DNA from: a virus
Taxonomy: Duplodnaviria > Caudoviricetes
Virus record (IMG/VR): IMGVR_UViG_3300047160_011268
Span: 1,710-65,709 of that record
Length of the DNA stretch: 64,000 nt
Reading direction: 5' to 3' (one strand)
The position numbers and the translations under genes are program-made. The notes beneath the pieces were generated by a model. The model was not told where the DNA came from and searched no databases. It saw only the letters and a list, made by a program, of their open reading frames with translations. Below, piece by piece: positions 34,558 through 46,139 of this stretch; position 1 is the first letter of the stretch, and every line of letters begins with the position of its first letter.

Positions 34558-37500
34558 ATTGCATCCCCGTCGGGTTGATCAGCACTGTGAAGCCGGTGGT
34601 CGTGACGGTGTCGAGGGAGACGAAGCCGGTGGTGCCCTTGGGGGTCAGCATCACGATTGGGCCGGTGTCGTTGTGCGGGTAATTGAAGGCCGTGGTGGCG
34701 TTGATAGTGCCCGGCCCCCAATTCTCGATAATGTTGTTAGTCAGGCGATAACCGGTTGGCCCGGTCGGGCCGCCGCCAGTCGCTCCAGTAAACTGCAGGC
34801 CGGCTGGCCCGGTCGGACCAGTCATCCCGGTGAAGCCACCGCCTAACTCGTAAGCCCACAGGTCCGCGACCTGAATCGTCCCGGCCGCTAGACCACTTTC
34901 AAAGAGTTCGATATCGAACCAGTATTTCGTTCCAATGACAGCGTTTTGAACAACTCCTATAAGACAGTAAGGGGTCCACGGGTTAGCCCCGAGACCGCCG
35001 GATAAAACCGGGCCGCCCAGGATAACACCGGTTACAGCGCCGCCATAGCTAGGGGCTGTGCCCGTCCCATAGCGAAGCCTAGGCTCCGGTGTGCTGTTGG
35101 CGCCGCCTACACACCCACCCATAGCACCGATAAGAATATTCCCGCTACCTACCGGCGTCAGTACCCAGTTAGCACCGGTAGGGCGCCCCAAGCCCAACAT
35201 ATTGTCGCCACCGAAAGCTGCAGTCGAACCCTGGGCGCCAATCTGTACAAAATTCACACTCGTGCCAGCCGGACCGGTTGCGCCGGTGACGCCGGCGCCG
35301 GCGAGCTCGAGAAGATAACATGTTGCTGGACCAGCACCAGCAGTAATAGTAGCTAAACCACCCGCACCAGCAGCCAGCATGGCGACATCAAACCAGTATT
35401 GCGTCCCCACTGTCAGCCCACTGATAAGACCGGACAGGTTGAAGTTATAATTGTCCGGGAGGGTCATGCTGCCGGCACCCATCAGTTGGGCGTTACCAAA
35501 CGGCACAACAGATCCGGTCAAAGCCGCTTGGGTGACCGGCGCGGTGCCAGTGCCATACATCAATTGGAAGGAAACTGATTGAACCGGCCGAACATTGACG
35601 GCGCCTTGAACATTCAACGTCAATTGGCCGGTAGCAGTCGGGGTATAAAGCCAAGAGCCGCCGGATTTCTGGCCATACCCCAGCATCTGAAAACTACCGG
35701 TAGCACTTGGTCCTGTAGCATTGACCCAGCCGGTAAAGCCGACGTTTGGCATCGCCGTCAGCGCGTAACCGGTCGGGCCGGTTGCTCCCGTAGCGCCGGT
35801 ATTCGTTGCCACCCCCGCCGGACCAGTAAAACCAGTAAAACCAGTCGGTCCCGTAGCGCCGGTGGGACCGGCGAGACCGGTGGGACCGGTGGGACCGGTG
35901 GGACCAGTACCGATGGGGCCAGTGAAACCCGTCGGTCCTGTGGCACCGGCGGCGCCCGACAACTCAATAACACGAAACGTTGCCGGGTTAATAGGGAGGG
36001 TAGAAAAGCCATAAATAATAGCGAGGCCGCCCACATTCTGCGCCTCCATGGCAATATCAAACCAGTACTGCGTCCCAACAGCAAGATTGTTCACGACGCT
36101 GTACAGGTTAGCATTGACGTTTGATAAGTTAGCGCTACCAGGGCCGGCGAAATAATTGGTCGCATCGGGGGCATAAGCGCCAGTTAAACCGCCACGGAAG
36201 ACCGGCGCGGTGCCAGTTCCATACATCAGTTGTAGGAGTATATTTTGCGATGCCCCCGCTGGCAGTATGGTGGCTTGAAAATCAAGAAGCAGCTGTCCTG
36301 TTACTGTCGGCGTATACAGCCATGCCCCGCCACCGGACTTCGTCCCGTAACCCATCATCGAGAATATGCCAGTCGCATTGGGGCCAGTATTATTAGCCCA
36401 ACCGGTCATACCAGTATTAGGCATTGCCCCTATCGCAAAACCAGTGGGGCCGGTGGGGCCTTGTGTGCCGGTGACGCCGGCGCCAGCTAACTCGATGATT
36501 GTAATTGTTGTAGGTGCATTGGGGGCAGGCGCCGCATGTACGCCACCTCGTACAACACCAAGGCCGGCGTTGTTCCAAGTCTCAACGGCAAGATCGAACC
36601 AATATGCTGTGCCGACAGATAAGGACGGCGTAACACCCATCGCGTTGAAGGGTGAAATGGGGATAGTCGCACCGCTAGCAAATGCAATCTCGGCATAACT
36701 TCCCGGGAGAACAGTCCCGGTGGGGTTTGTATTTAAAGAAGGCGCCGTACCAGTTCCGTAATACACGACCATAGACATAGCTTGATTTGCTACCGGCTCA
36801 GCTGCACCCTGAACGCTGACAAATAACTGGCCTGTAACCGTGGGTGTATATGACCAGCCGCCGGGGGACTTCGTCCCGAAGCCCATCATCTGGTATGAGC
36901 CGGTTACGTTGGGGCCAGTGTCATTAGCATAGCCGGTGTAGCCGGTATTGGGCATTGATTGAAAGCCGTAACCGGTGGGGCCTGTTGGGCCGATGACGCC
37001 GGTAGGGCCAGTACCCAGTGGACCAGTGGGGCCGGTTAGAGTACCAGTCGGGCCCGTAACGCCGACGCCAGCCAGTTCGATGAGGTTGAATGTTGTTATT
37101 TCGCTGGCAAGGGTACTATTCTTAACAACACCCAAACCGCCGACGTTGAAAGCGCCAACAGCCATATCGAACCAGTACTGTGTCCCGACAATAAGACTGC
37201 CGACGACGCCCTCCATGGTCAGGGAGAAATTTGTCTGCACTGCGGAGGCGATGAAATTTTGGTTGCCATAAGTAAACGGCACAACAGACCCAGTCAGGCC
37301 ACCACGGAAACTAGGAGCGGCCCCAGTACCGTACATAAGATTTGCATTCATGGTCTGACTAGCAGCGCCGAAAAAGGGTTGCATCGTGGCTTGCGAGAAA
37401 ACAAGGACTTGGCCCGTCACCGTGGGTGTATAGACCCAAGCGCCACTAGCCTTGCCACCGAAGCCCATCATCTGGTATGAGCCGGTTACGTTGGGGCCAG

Positions 37501-38410
37501 TGTCATTAGCATAGCCGGTGTAGCCGGTATTGAGCATTGATTGAAAGCCGTAACCGGTGGGACCGGTGGGGCCAGTACCGCCGGTAGGGCCTGTCACAGT
37601 GCTTGCAGCACCGGTAGGTCCTGTACTACCTTGTGTGCCTTGTGAACCTGTCGGGCCCGTGGGACCAATTGATCCTGCTGAACCCGTCGGCCCAGGAGGT
37701 CCCTGTGTTCCTGTTGGTCCAGTCGTTCCTTGTATCCCTTGCCCTCCTTGTGCGCCTGTTGCCCCCGTGGGTCCTGCACTACCTTGCGCTCCTTGTGAAC
37801 CTGTGGGTCCTGTTGAACCTGCTCCTCCTGCTGTACCTGTGGGTCCGGTTGGCCCGGTACCGATCGGACCGGATGGACCGGTAGCGCCTGTCAAGCTTGC
37901 TTGACCGGGAGGTCCGGTAAAGCCCGTCGGCCCCAGAGATCCCGATGACCCAGTTGCTCCTGTTGGTCCTGTTTGTCCTATTGGCCCCGATGGTCCTGGT
38001 CCTCCTGCTCCACCTGTTGGACCGGTAGCGCCGGTGTTGGTCGCTACCCCTGCTGGCCCGCTAGGACCAGTGGGACCAGTGCCGCCGTTGAAGAATGGCT
38101 GCGTCGGCGTCAGTGTGGCGAAAGTTTCCGGCTGGGTGATGCCAACCACCACGGTATCGCCGAAGATCTGATTGTCGGACGTTGCCGCGGTGATGAAACA
38201 GGTACAGGTCTCAACCTGCGACGATGCTTGCAGCCAAAAGAAGACTTCCAGTTGATCCGGCGATAATTGCGTCTTGGTAACAGTCGAGACCGGCGAGTTA
38301 CAGGTTACCGCGGCGCTGAAAAGATGCTCGCCGGAACGAAGGGCATTGTGGTAGCGGGCAACGATACGACGGCATTCACCTACAAGAATGTGTTCGGTGC
38401 CGAGCTGCAT
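34532..38410 (-). CDS. large collagen-like fibre with five repeated beta modules
   Basis: N-terminal adaptor domain; long G-X-T/G-X-Q tracts; five W.YTP..TG...YGTG.AP...YWFD modules. Confidence 0.88.
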   Translation of the reverse strand: MQLGTEHILVGECRRIVARYHNALRSGEHLFSAAVTCNSPVSTVTKTQLSPDQLEVFFWLQASSQVETCTCFITAATSDNQIFGDTVVVGITQPETFATLTPTQPFFNGGTGPTGPSGPAGVATNTGATGPTGGAGGPGPSGPIGQTGPTGATGSSGSLGPTGFTGPPGQASLTGATGPSGPIGTGPTGPTGTAGGAGSTGPTGSQGAQGSAGPTGATGAQGGQGIQGTTGPTGTQGPPGPTGSAGSIGPTGPTGSQGTQGSTGPTGAASTVTGPTGGTGPTGPTGYGFQSMLNTGYTGYANDTGPNVTGSYQMMGFGGKASGAWVYTPTVTGQVLVFSQATMQPFFGAASQTMNANLMYGTGAAPSFRGGLTGSVVPFTYGNQNFIASAVQTNFSLTMEGVVGSLIVGTQYWFDMAVGAFNVGGLGVVKNSTLASEITTFNLIELAGVGVTGPTGTLTGPTGPLGTGPTGVIGPTGPTGYGFQSMPNTGYTGYANDTGPNVTGSYQMMGFGTKSPGGWSYTPTVTGQLFVSVQGAAEPVANQAMSMVVYYGTGTAPSLNTNPTGTVLPGSYAEIAFASGATIPISPFNAMGVTPSLSVGTAYWFDLAVETWNNAGLGVVRGGVHAAPAPNAPTTITIIELAGAGVTGTQGPTGPTGFAIGAMPNTGMTGWANNTGPNATGIFSMMGYGTKSGGGAWLYTPTVTGQLLLDFQATILPAGASQNILLQLMYGTGTAPVFRGGLTGAYAPDATNYFAGPGSANLSNVNANLYSVVNNLAVGTQYWFDIAMEAQNVGGLAIIYGFSTLPINPATFRVIELSGAAGATGPTGFTGPIGTGPTGPTGPTGLAGPTGATGPTGFTGFTGPAGVATNTGATGATGPTGYALTAMPNVGFTGWVNATGPSATGSFQMLGYGQKSGGSWLYTPTATGQLTLNVQGAVNVRPVQSVSFQLMYGTGTAPVTQAALTGSVVPFGNAQLMGAGSMTLPDNYNFNLSGLISGLTVGTQYWFDVAMLAAGAGGLATITAGAGPATCYLLELAGAGVTGATGPAGTSVNFVQIGAQGSTAAFGGDNMLGLGRPTGANWVLTPVGSGNILIGAMGGCVGGANSTPEPRLRYGTGTAPSYGGAVTGVILGGPVLSGGLGANPWTPYCLIGVVQNAVIGTKYWFDIELFESGLAAGTIQVADLWAYELGGGFTGMTGPTGPAGLQFTGATGGGPTGPTGYRLTNNIIENWGPGTINATTAFNYPHNDTGPIVMLTPKGTTGFVSLDTVTTTGFTVLINPTGMQYEYRSIGT
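36876..36979. repeat. 104-bp direct repeat, copy 1
   Basis: Matches 37458-37561 except one base (36951 g vs 37533 a). Confidence 0.9.
37458..37561. repeat. 104-bp direct repeat, copy 2
   Basis: See copy 1. Confidence 0.9.
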
Positions 38411-38423
38411 GGTCGGCCTCCGA

Positions 38424-38960
38424 TCATGTTCCTATGGCGTGATAATAAACTAATCCAGCTGCCCCTGTAGATGAATACAGGACGAACTGCGTGATCGCTG
38501 TGGCGGTGATAAAAGCACCAGTGGCGCCGGAATAGCCGCGGCCTAGTGTAACGATCGGCGGGTTATCATTATAAGCCTTGGAGAAATTGACTGTGGTCCC
38601 GGCTTGCGTTGCATTGGCGCTGCCGTAATTGATAATGACATTGCCAACCTGCACGTAACCCCCACCAGCCCCCGTCGAACCACCGACGCCGGGTCCAGTC
38701 GGTCCAGTCAGGCCAGTGCCGCCACCGCTGCCGGGCGGCCCGGTATAGCCGGTGCGGCCTGTTGGGCCTGTGACAACTGAAGCGGCGCCCGTGGGACCAG
38801 TGATGCCGAGCGGACCCGTCGGGCCTGTGAAGGCGCCAGGACCAGTGACACCGGTCGGCCCGGTGGGGCCACCAGGTTGCCCCGTCGGGCCAGTTTGGCC
38901 GGGGACGACAACAACAGGACGCGCGTAGACAGGAGATGGGCCGTAAACAAGTGCAGTCAT
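38424..38960 (-). CDS. short collagen-like fibre with C-terminal fibre-tip-like domain
   Basis: GPT repeats then [22 protein letters not shown]. Confidence 0.85.
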   Translation of the reverse strand: MTALVYGPSPVYARPVVVVPGQTGPTGQPGGPTGPTGVTGPGAFTGPTGPLGITGPTGAASVVTGPTGRTGYTGPPGSGGGTGLTGPTGPGVGGSTGAGGGYVQVGNVIINYGSANATQAGTTVNFSKAYNDNPPIVTLGRGYSGATGAFITATAITQFVLYSSTGAAGLVYYHAIGT

Positions 38961-38995
38961 GTCGCGATCATTGCCGTATTATCTTAAGCCTTCGT

Positions 38996-39946
38996 TTACA
39001 TCTCTTGCCAAGTGATCGTCATCGGGATAGCCGGTCCAGTACTGCCAAGCGTTATGACCATCGGGCTGGTTGGCGCTGTGCAAACATCAAACCAATACTG
39101 GAGACCCAACGCGAGATTGCTCAGAATACCGAACAGGTGAACAGGCTCGGGGAGATTCGACGTCGAGTTGATCATGTTCTGGGCATAAGGCACTGGCTTG
39201 CCCCCGGTGCCACCGGGCTGTGGCGCAGTGCCGGTGCCGTATTGAATGCGCAAGCCTCTATTGACCGCCACTGCACCGCCAATGGGCCCCTGCACGCGCA
39301 CCTGCAACGTGCCGCTTTGTTGCGGTGTATAGGTCCATGGTGACGACCCTGTCCCCAGCCCCGCTGCCGGCCAGCCTATAGTACCAGTGACATTGAATCC
39401 GAACGTCGAGCCCGACGTGCCGGTGAACGGCAATTGCGCGCCCATCGGGCCAGTCGTGCCGATGCTGGGTGGTCCCGTCGGTCCTGTTAAACCCACCGTA
39501 CCGATGGCACCGGCTGGCCCTTGCGGACCTTGCCCGCCGACTGGTCCCGTCAGTCCCGAAAAGCCAACTGGGCCTTGTGACCCCTGCGGACCGGTTGGCC
39601 CTGTCGGCCCGGTTGGCCCTGTCGGCCCGGTGGAGGCAACGCCGCCGCCGGGAGCACCTGTCATACCCGTAGCGCCGGTATTGGTCAGCGTGCCATTGCT
39701 GCCAGTCGGCCCGGTTGGGCCTGTCTGGCCGATCTTACCTTGCATACCCTGGCGCCCGATTCCGGCAATACCCGTCGGGCCGCTCGGTTGAACGCCGGTC
39801 GGGCCGGTCGGGCCGGTCGGGCCGGTCGGCCCCGCCATGGGTGCTCCGATGCCGGTCGGGCCGGTCGTTCCCAATAAGCCGAACGGCCCGGTGGCGCCGG
39901 TTGCACCGGTGATGGCGTTGTGGGTTGAGACAGCAAAGACGGGCAC
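38996..39946 (-). CDS. collagen-like fibre with one YWFD module
   Basis: GPT repeats; WTYTP...YGTGTAP...YWFDV. Confidence 0.85.
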   Translation of the reverse strand: MPVFAVSTHNAITGATGATGPFGLLGTTGPTGIGAPMAGPTGPTGPTGPTGVQPSGPTGIAGIGRQGMQGKIGQTGPTGPTGSNGTLTNTGATGMTGAPGGGVASTGPTGPTGPTGPTGPQGSQGPVGFSGLTGPVGGQGPQGPAGAIGTVGLTGPTGPPSIGTTGPMGAQLPFTGTSGSTFGFNVTGTIGWPAAGLGTGSSPWTYTPQQSGTLQVRVQGPIGGAVAVNRGLRIQYGTGTAPQPGGTGGKPVPYAQNMINSTSNLPEPVHLFGILSNLALGLQYWFDVCTAPTSPMVITLGSTGPAIPMTITWQEM

Positions 39947-39959
39947 TGTAACCCTCCCG

Positions 39960-40952
39960 TCAAAATTCTTCGAATGTGAAGATCACTGGTGTATTCGGTG
40001 AGTTATGGCCCACCGTGGCATTAACAGCCGCTGTCGTATTCAAGGCAAGATCAAACCAATACGTTGTGCCGATCGCCAGCCCGCTGACGATGCCGAACAA
40101 ATAGAAATCCTGAAAGACGCTCGAGCCGACGCCGCTCATATTTTGCGCGTAGGGCACCGGATTGCCGCCAGTGCCATTGAATCCAGGAGCCACACCGGAC
40201 CCATAATTCAGCCGCGCCCCGAGACCGCCGGCGGCGGCAATCAACATTGGCACCTGCAAATGGACGCGAAGACGTGTACTGTTGACCGGCGTGTAGGTCA
40301 TCGTCTGTGCTGGTATATTGGCGCCCAAGCCGAGACCGCAAAGCGGCCAGCCAGCTGTTGCCGTCATATTGAAATGGAAGGTTGCACCAGAGCCGCCGGT
40401 ATAGGGAAAGCCGCTACTTCCTCCAGTCGGCCCGGTCGCTCCTGTGGTGCCGCCAACGCCCTGCGGGCCGGTCGCTCCAGTATTGCCTTGTGGGCCGATC
40501 CCTCCGGTCGGCCCAGTTGTGCCGATAAGACCCGTGGGACCAGTCGCTCCAGTACTGCCTTGTGGGCCGATCCCTCCGGTCGGCCCTGTTATGCCGGCAA
40601 GACCCGTGAAGCCGGTCGGGCCCGTTGCCGATGAGCCGATGGCGCCAGTAGGCCCAGTTGTCCCGGTATTGGGGGCAAAACCGCTAGCGCCGGTCGTACC
40701 GGTCGGTCCGGTATTCCCTTGAGGACCGGTAGGCCCGATGACGCCTGTCGGGCCCGTCGGTCCCGTTGGGCCTGTCAGCCCTGCGGCGCCGCCCATGCCC
40801 GCTGGTCCGGTCGCACCGGTCAACGATAAGCCCATCGACCCGCTGGGACCGGTCGGTCCCGTCAATACAGCTTGGCCCGTCGCGCCGGCCGGACCCGTCG
40901 GCCCTGTCGGCGAGACATAGAGCGGGCCGGTCTGGATGGCGAAGACCGGCAT
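39960..40952 (-). CDS. collagen-like fibre with one YWFD module
   Basis: GPT/GAT repeats; YTP...YGSGVAP...YWFDL. Confidence 0.85.
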   Translation of the reverse strand: MPVFAIQTGPLYVSPTGPTGPAGATGQAVLTGPTGPSGSMGLSLTGATGPAGMGGAAGLTGPTGPTGPTGVIGPTGPQGNTGPTGTTGASGFAPNTGTTGPTGAIGSSATGPTGFTGLAGITGPTGGIGPQGSTGATGPTGLIGTTGPTGGIGPQGNTGATGPQGVGGTTGATGPTGGSSGFPYTGGSGATFHFNMTATAGWPLCGLGLGANIPAQTMTYTPVNSTRLRVHLQVPMLIAAAGGLGARLNYGSGVAPGFNGTGGNPVPYAQNMSGVGSSVFQDFYLFGIVSGLAIGTTYWFDLALNTTAAVNATVGHNSPNTPVIFTFEEF

Positions 40953-41431
40953 TACAACCCCCCGACGCCATCCTGAAGAACGAACTTGCCATGCATCAAG
41001 GCGACGCGCACGGCGGGATTGGATTGATCATACATGATCCAGTCATAAACATATTGACCGGGGATCAGGCCAGCACCGGTGACGCCGGTAGCGCCGGTCA
41101 AGCCGGCCAATACGGCATCGGGGACATTGGTATGCAGCACGCGATTGTTGGGATCGTCGACGATCACCATTACACAGCCGGGCTGACCGCTATCGATGGT
41201 CAAAAGCGCCGCTGGCTGCAGCCGGTTGCCCTTGATGGTAATCAAGAAGCTTTGATTGAACAAGGTCCAAGCCGGACCAGTTACCCCGGGCGGCCAGAAA
41301 TTCGGCTGTGAGCCGGTCGGGCCGGTGGGGTCGAACTGAAAGGCATCCTGCCATGTGACATTATTGCTTGTTGCTATGTCAACCCGAGCACTGGTAGGAA
41401 CCCCCGATGGACCACCTCCGTAATAGGACAT
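40952..41431 (-). CDS. fibre-anchoring / adaptor-like protein
   Basis: ATG 41431; [18 protein letters not shown] Ig-like pattern; short GPT remnants. Confidence 0.6.
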   Translation of the reverse strand: MSYYGGGPSGVPTSARVDIATSNNVTWQDAFQFDPTGPTGSQPNFWPPGVTGPAWTLFNQSFLITIKGNRLQPAALLTIDSGQPGCVMVIVDDPNNRVLHTNVPDAVLAGLTGATGVTGAGLIPGQYVYDWIMYDQSNPAVRVALMHGKFVLQDGVGGL

Positions 41432-41433
41432 TC

Positions 41434-42096
41434 CTAAACACCCCACGAAGTTGGCGATGGGAAGGGCGTGCTGACGCCCCCGCGCTGACTGTTGGTCCGG
41501 AAGTTTCGCGGATAGCGCCACGCTTGGCCGCCGTACAAATACGCCCGCATCGCCTGCGTTCGCGCCATCGCAATGCCGTCGCGCAGGCGTTTCACATTGA
41601 TCGGGCCATTCGTCGGATCACTGTACGACTTCGCCTTCTGCATCTGCATGCGGCCAACCACGCCCGCTTCTATCGCTCGCTCATACTGCGGGACTAACCA
41701 GCTCGGGCCGTCGGGGACATCGCCATGCTGATTGGGAAGGACAATGGACTTGTAGACCACGGCATTGACATTCACGGTCATATTCGTCGGCCAGACGAAC
41801 CAGATTTGCGCCGATGGTGGCTGGAGGTCTACGACAGTGGCCGGATAGAGCACGCTATTCTGGTCCACCACATGACTCAAGCGCTTGATCTGGCCGCCTT
41901 GTGCTGGTGCGATGGTGTAATTCTGGGTGTTCGCGCCGATGGTCAGTGGAATCCACTCAATCCAACTGTTCGAATCCGACAGGAATTCGTCCATTACATT
42001 AAACATCGTGCCGCGGATACCGGCCCGGGTTGCCCCGGGGAGCTGGACTTCGCACTCATTCATCAAGCGGTCAAGGTCTTGTTTCTGGATCGCCAT
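41434..42096 (-). CDS. head-tail adaptor / tail tubular A-like protein
   Basis: Position after the capsid gene; 220 aa; CEVQLPGA..EFLSDSNSW pattern. Confidence 0.65.
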   Translation of the reverse strand: MAIQKQDLDRLMNECEVQLPGATRAGIRGTMFNVMDEFLSDSNSWIEWIPLTIGANTQNYTIAPAQGGQIKRLSHVVDQNSVLYPATVVDLQPPSAQIWFVWPTNMTVNVNAVVYKSIVLPNQHGDVPDGPSWLVPQYERAIEAGVVGRMQMQKAKSYSDPTNGPINVKRLRDGIAMARTQAMRAYLYGGQAWRYPRNFRTNSQRGGVSTPFPSPTSWGV

Positions 42097-42527
42097 TATT
42101 GCGTACTCGCTGCGGCGCGTGCCCCACCCGCCGACGCCGGCGCCAGCGGCGTGGCGTAAAGTACGCTGGTCAGCATATTCTGGAACCGCATCAGGAAGGC
42201 ATTGGCCCGCTCGATCGGCACGTCTTCTTCGTCCCGGAGCATGGCATGGGCTACAAGGCCGTATACAAGCGGAAGACGCAATTGAAACTCGACCGGGACA
42301 TGCTCACTGGAGACTGCCCAGTAACTTGGCATTCGGTCGCCAAACTTATAGACGAACATGTCCGGGCGGAGACGACGCGCTTCGAGGAGTGCCGTATTGA
42401 ACGCGACGAGCAGGGAGGTGTCATCATAACGATATGGTGGCGTCTTATCCAATAGGATGGTGCGGGCGTCGAGGATATAGGACTCGACGCTGTCAAGCTC
42501 GTTGGGCGTATCAGATCCGTTGGCCAT
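42096..42527 (-). CDS. head-tail connector-like protein (DUF6682-like)
   Basis: ARTILLD..RYDDTSLL..NTALLE..RLRPD. Confidence 0.65.
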   Translation of the reverse strand: MANGSDTPNELDSVESYILDARTILLDKTPPYRYDDTSLLVAFNTALLEARRLRPDMFVYKFGDRMPSYWAVSSEHVPVEFQLRLPLVYGLVAHAMLRDEEDVPIERANAFLMRFQNMLTSVLYATPLAPASAGGARAAASTQ

Positions 42528-42787
42528 TAGGCTGCGCCATCTCCATCGCTATCAGATGCATCAGAACTTCTCTGCGGGCCGCCTTGCTCTTGCGTCGGGC
42601 CGTACTCGACTGGCGGCGGCGTCTTCTGCTGAGGCGCCGGCGGTGTCGGTTTTTGCCGACCTTGAAGCGCACCTGTAGCTTTACCCAGAAGATTGGATAA
42701 CGGATTCCAACTTACTGAACCGCCTTCGGCGAATCGCTGGCCAAACCCCTTGTCCTTGCCGAAATAACGCATCTTGGTGGTATTCAT
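42527..42787 (-). CDS. small protein with FAEGG motif
   Basis: 86 aa, RFAEGGSV. Confidence 0.55.
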   Translation of the reverse strand: MNTTKMRYFGKDKGFGQRFAEGGSVSWNPLSNLLGKATGALQGRQKPTPPAPQQKTPPPVEYGPTQEQGGPQRSSDASDSDGDGAA

Positions 42788-42830
42788 GAAACAGGCTCCC
42801 GAGTTTCCCCAGGAGCCTGCCCGTAGAAAC

Positions 42831-42845
42831 TTAGGAAAGGCTTAA
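42831..42845. promoter_or_regulatory. CtrA-like box
   Basis: TTAG-N7-TTAA in the gap after the capsid gene. Confidence 0.5.
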
Positions 42846-42883
42846 GAGTTTAGGTACGCTAACAGGCGTTCTAGTTGTACTAC

Positions 42884-42916
42884 AAAAGAAACCAGAGTGG
42901 TTTTACCCACTCTGGT
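42884..42916 (-). terminator. intrinsic terminator after the major capsid gene
   Basis: 10-bp stem ACCAGAGTGG/CCACTCTGGT followed on the minus strand by TTCTTTT. Confidence 0.75.
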
Positions 42917-42961
42917 GTAGTATGTTAAGATAGACTTGATAACCTAGCAAGTCCTTAGTTA

Positions 42962-43972
42962 TCAGCTACCCGGAGTGACTTGCGCTTGCACAAGTGCTTT
43001 CCCATCGACAACTTGATAACCGTAAACCTGCAGGCCGCGCAGGATCTGGCCGAAGGTCAGCTCAGATCGAAGCGTTTCGACCTTGCTGATCTGACTGGCA
43101 AACGTTAGACCGTGCGCGTGACCAGCGAACACCGGCCATTCACCGGAGTTGAAGTTCGCCGACTGCGTCGAGTTGTTGGGCAACAGGTTGGAAATATAGA
43201 TCGTGAACCGATCGATCATCCCCAGACGGCCGTTACGCAACATCGACACCGAGTCCCCCGACAGATAAGCTTGGCGGAGCTCGGACTGCTTGATTTGACG
43301 ACCAGCCCAAGCCGGCATGACGACCCAGCGGCCGACTTCCGGGATGTTCTGCTCGTCCAGAACCTGGCCCATCCGCATCAGGACGTCGAGGAGTTCGACC
43401 TGTCCGGCGCCGGCGTTACGGCCGACAACCGTCAAGGCAGAACCCTGAGCGCCCAGATTAATGGAGCCGGTAATGGCACCCGCCGCGGTGCCCTGATTGG
43501 CAGCGACCATCTGACCGACAATACCACCAAGCACGTCTTGGTCGACTGCGATCTTCAGTTGCTGCGCGGCGTCGTCCGACCACATCGACAAGACGTTGAG
43601 GTCGGATTGCACTTCCAGCACATCGTCGAGGATGAGCGAGAAGTATTTGCCGTTGCCGATATATAACTCCACACTACCACCGGTCGGGCGGTCAAGCGCG
43701 AGCAGACCGTCGGCCAGGTAGTTGCGGATGGTGATCGTCGGCTTGGTGCGAATCCGGACGCGGTCGCCCTTGTCGCGAATTTCGCCTTCGTAGTCGGTAT
43801 TTGAAATCGCAGCCAGCACGGTGGAAGCATAGAACTTTTCCACCAACTTGCCGGACCAAATCTCCGGTACGAAACTGGTCGCTTGTAGGTTGTTACCTAC
43901 ACTACCGACCGGGTAGATTGCAGGGGTTGTGCCGGCGCCTGCGCCGGGGAACCCTGAGCTCGGAATAGCCAT
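42962..43972 (-). CDS. major capsid protein
   Basis: 336 aa; FVPEIWSGKL, NTDYEGEI..GDRVRI, DDVLEVQS, YGYQVV; downstream of the scaffold. Confidence 0.92.
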   Translation of the reverse strand: MAIPSSGFPGAGAGTTPAIYPVGSVGNNLQATSFVPEIWSGKLVEKFYASTVLAAISNTDYEGEIRDKGDRVRIRTKPTITIRNYLADGLLALDRPTGGSVELYIGNGKYFSLILDDVLEVQSDLNVLSMWSDDAAQQLKIAVDQDVLGGIVGQMVAANQGTAAGAITGSINLGAQGSALTVVGRNAGAGQVELLDVLMRMGQVLDEQNIPEVGRWVVMPAWAGRQIKQSELRQAYLSGDSVSMLRNGRLGMIDRFTIYISNLLPNNSTQSANFNSGEWPVFAGHAHGLTFASQISKVETLRSELTFGQILRGLQVYGYQVVDGKALVQAQVTPGS

Positions 43973-44005
43973 GCGGCCCTCCTTGGGGCCCGCATGGTTC
44001 AGCCC

Positions 44006-45013
44006 TTATTTGACGATCTGCACCCGGCCATCACGGACGGCTGCATGGATTTGTGCTTCGCGTGCAAGCTTATCTTGCTCACGTCCCGCGTACCGGCCAT
44101 GCGTCACGTCCCAGTAGAAGCGGGATACATCTTTGTTGGTGATGAGCGGCACATCGGCCATCGCCGCGGATGACGGCGAGGGACTGGCCCTACCTGGGGC
44201 AGCGAGACTTTCCAGCTTGACTGCCGCTTTGCGCACGGGCGTCTGTGACGGCGGTGCTTCGGGCGGCTGCTGGGCTTGCTGGCCCATGTGCTCGGGGTAT
44301 TCGCTTTGGAATCCCCTGAAGAATGCAAGGACTCGCCCGGCGTCGCCTGCGGCAAATGCTTGATCCAGCAGCCGTTGCCTTATCACACCCGAGTAAAGAT
44401 CTGGTAAAGTCAACCAGTCTTTCCATTGTTGCTCACCATTGATTTGCCGCCAGTTTTGTAAATGCTGATCGAGCGCATCGTAGACGTCCTGGGATTTGAC
44501 TCTCTGTAATTCATTCCGCAATTGTTGATTCTGCCGCTCCATATCCTGCACGACCGGCCGCACCACCTCGCGGGCTTTTCTTTCCATCACAGAAAGAGCC
44601 TCCTCACCATAGGCTTGGCGTTCGGCCTCGGTGATCAACGGCGGCTGCGGCTGTGCTGGTTGCTGTTGCTGCGGCTGCGCCCACGATCGCGGGTTGGACA
44701 TGTTCTGCAACTGGGTCTGCTGCATGGCGATGTATTCGCGCTGCTGGGCGTTGCGCCCGAGCAAAGCGTTGTAGTCACGCTCACGCTTAGCGAGTTGGGC
44801 CTCGAGCTCGGCAACTTTATCAGTTGGCGGCTCAGGCTCAGACGCGGGGGTGGGGGCCGGAGCTTCGGGCTCCGGGGACGCGGCTCGAGGTTCGGGCTCC
44901 GCCGCTTTTTGTTCAGGTTCTTGTTTGTAGAAGGCCTCGGCGCGTTCGGCGGCGGCCTTGACGGCTGGGGGGATAGCAACTGATTCATCGACGGGCGGTA
45001 AAGCTTCGGCCAT
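44006..45013 (-). CDS. capsid scaffolding protein
   Basis: Acidic/Pro-rich N-terminus, coiled-coil, directly upstream of the capsid gene. Confidence 0.75.
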   Translation of the reverse strand: MAEALPPVDESVAIPPAVKAAAERAEAFYKQEPEQKAAEPEPRAASPEPEAPAPTPASEPEPPTDKVAELEAQLAKRERDYNALLGRNAQQREYIAMQQTQLQNMSNPRSWAQPQQQQPAQPQPPLITEAERQAYGEEALSVMERKAREVVRPVVQDMERQNQQLRNELQRVKSQDVYDALDQHLQNWRQINGEQQWKDWLTLPDLYSGVIRQRLLDQAFAAGDAGRVLAFFRGFQSEYPEHMGQQAQQPPEAPPSQTPVRKAAVKLESLAAPGRASPSPSSAAMADVPLITNKDVSRFYWDVTHGRYAGREQDKLAREAQIHAAVRDGRVQIVK

Positions 45014-45071
45014 CGGGACACTCCTCTTGCAGGCACTGGAGACGAGGGTCTCCGCAGTGGCTCCAAGAGGG

Positions 45072-45263
45072 TTACTGAGCAGCCTTAAGAATTCGTAAGT
45101 GGTGGGCGTATTGGGCGCAGACGCCTTGCTGCCGGGCGAGCTGATCGGTTGAGCAGTTGAGCAATGTCGCTACCTGCTTGCGGTATTCATCCTCGAACGC
45201 ATGAACGTATTTCTCGTACCATTCGGGCGCGTTCGAGCGTAGCTTTTGTAAGATTTCGTGCAA
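45072..45263 (-). CDS. hypothetical protein
   Basis: 63 aa, abuts the upstream ORF. Confidence 0.5.
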   Translation of the reverse strand: MHEILQKLRSNAPEWYEKYVHAFEDEYRKQVATLLNCSTDQLARQQGVCAQYAHHLRILKAAQ

Positions 45264-45527
45264 TCAACCACTCACGCCCGGAAAGACGCCGGTACCGAGA
45301 CCGGGCGGGGCCACAGGGCCAGCAGGTCCGGGGGCGGGCGTGGCCTTGGCATAGTTGTTCATGGTCGGTGCCGGGCCCAAGGCACCGGACTGCGCAACTT
45401 GGTTGCGCATCGGGGCCGTAACGGCGCGACGGTTGGTCAGCGGCGCTTGGCGCGAACCCTTACCGGCATTGACGGTGCGAGCACCACCCTTGGTCAACGG
45501 CGTGAGCTGATTACGGTTGATCGGCAT
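45264..45527 (-). CDS. small Pro/Gly/basic protein
   Basis: TAATG overlap with the upstream ORF. Confidence 0.55.
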   Translation of the reverse strand: MPINRNQLTPLTKGGARTVNAGKGSRQAPLTNRRAVTAPMRNQVAQSGALGPAPTMNNYAKATPAPGPAGPVAPPGLGTGVFPGVSG

Positions 45528-45751
45528 TACGGGCCTTCTCCTGGTGCAAAGCCGGCCACGTTTGGGCCAGATACAGGCTTACCATAGTCCCGTGTACCGG
45601 CTGGGCCCGGGGCGATACGCGCACCCGGCGTTGGCGCTGCCAAATTTTGCGGCCGGGAGCCCAATATAAAAGACGGCCGTACACCGGGCATCGGCACCCG
45701 CGTCGGGCCTTTCTTGGCAACAAGCCCGGGTGTACGACCACCGATAGCCAT
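45527..45751 (-). CDS. small Pro/Gly/basic protein
   Basis: TAATG overlap with the upstream ORF. Confidence 0.55.
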   Translation of the reverse strand: MAIGGRTPGLVAKKGPTRVPMPGVRPSFILGSRPQNLAAPTPGARIAPGPAGTRDYGKPVSGPNVAGFAPGEGP

Positions 45752-46095
45752 TAGCGTGCGCTCGTGATACCCGACTGCGCCGGCACCGCCGGATTGAAGC
45801 CGAACATCTTGGTTGAACCACCAGCGGCGAACTTGTCGCCTGGGCCGGAGCTGTCGGGCTTGCCGGTTGACGACGACTTGTCGGCGCTGGTGCGCGAGCC
45901 GGCTTCCTGCTCGCCGAACATCTTGGTGTCGCCACCTTTGGCGAATTCAACATTGTGGGTCTTCTCGGTGCCCTCGGCGCCGGCGTCACCGCCGCTGGTT
46001 CGCGGCGTGCCGGTTGATCCGCTTTTGGAGCCGGATCCGGAATGGACGTTATCGCCCTCGCCGAAACCGTGGGAACCACCCTTACCTTTAGCCAT
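45751..46095 (-). CDS. Gly/Ser-rich protein with two FAxGG.TKMFG repeats
   Basis: GGAG RBS; EFAKGGDTKMFG and KFAAGGSTKMFG. Confidence 0.65.
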   Translation of the reverse strand: MAKGKGGSHGFGEGDNVHSGSGSKSGSTGTPRTSGGDAGAEGTEKTHNVEFAKGGDTKMFGEQEAGSRTSADKSSSTGKPDSSGPGDKFAAGGSTKMFGFNPAVPAQSGITSAR

Positions 46096-46139
46096 TGCCA
46101 TCTCTCCTGGAGTTGCCCGGCTATACAAGCCTATGGCCG

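Noticed and set aside
36876-37561. Template/variable repeat pair of a diversity-generating retroelement
   Set aside because: Only one mismatch, both copies are in frame within one gene, and no reverse transcriptase is present in the window
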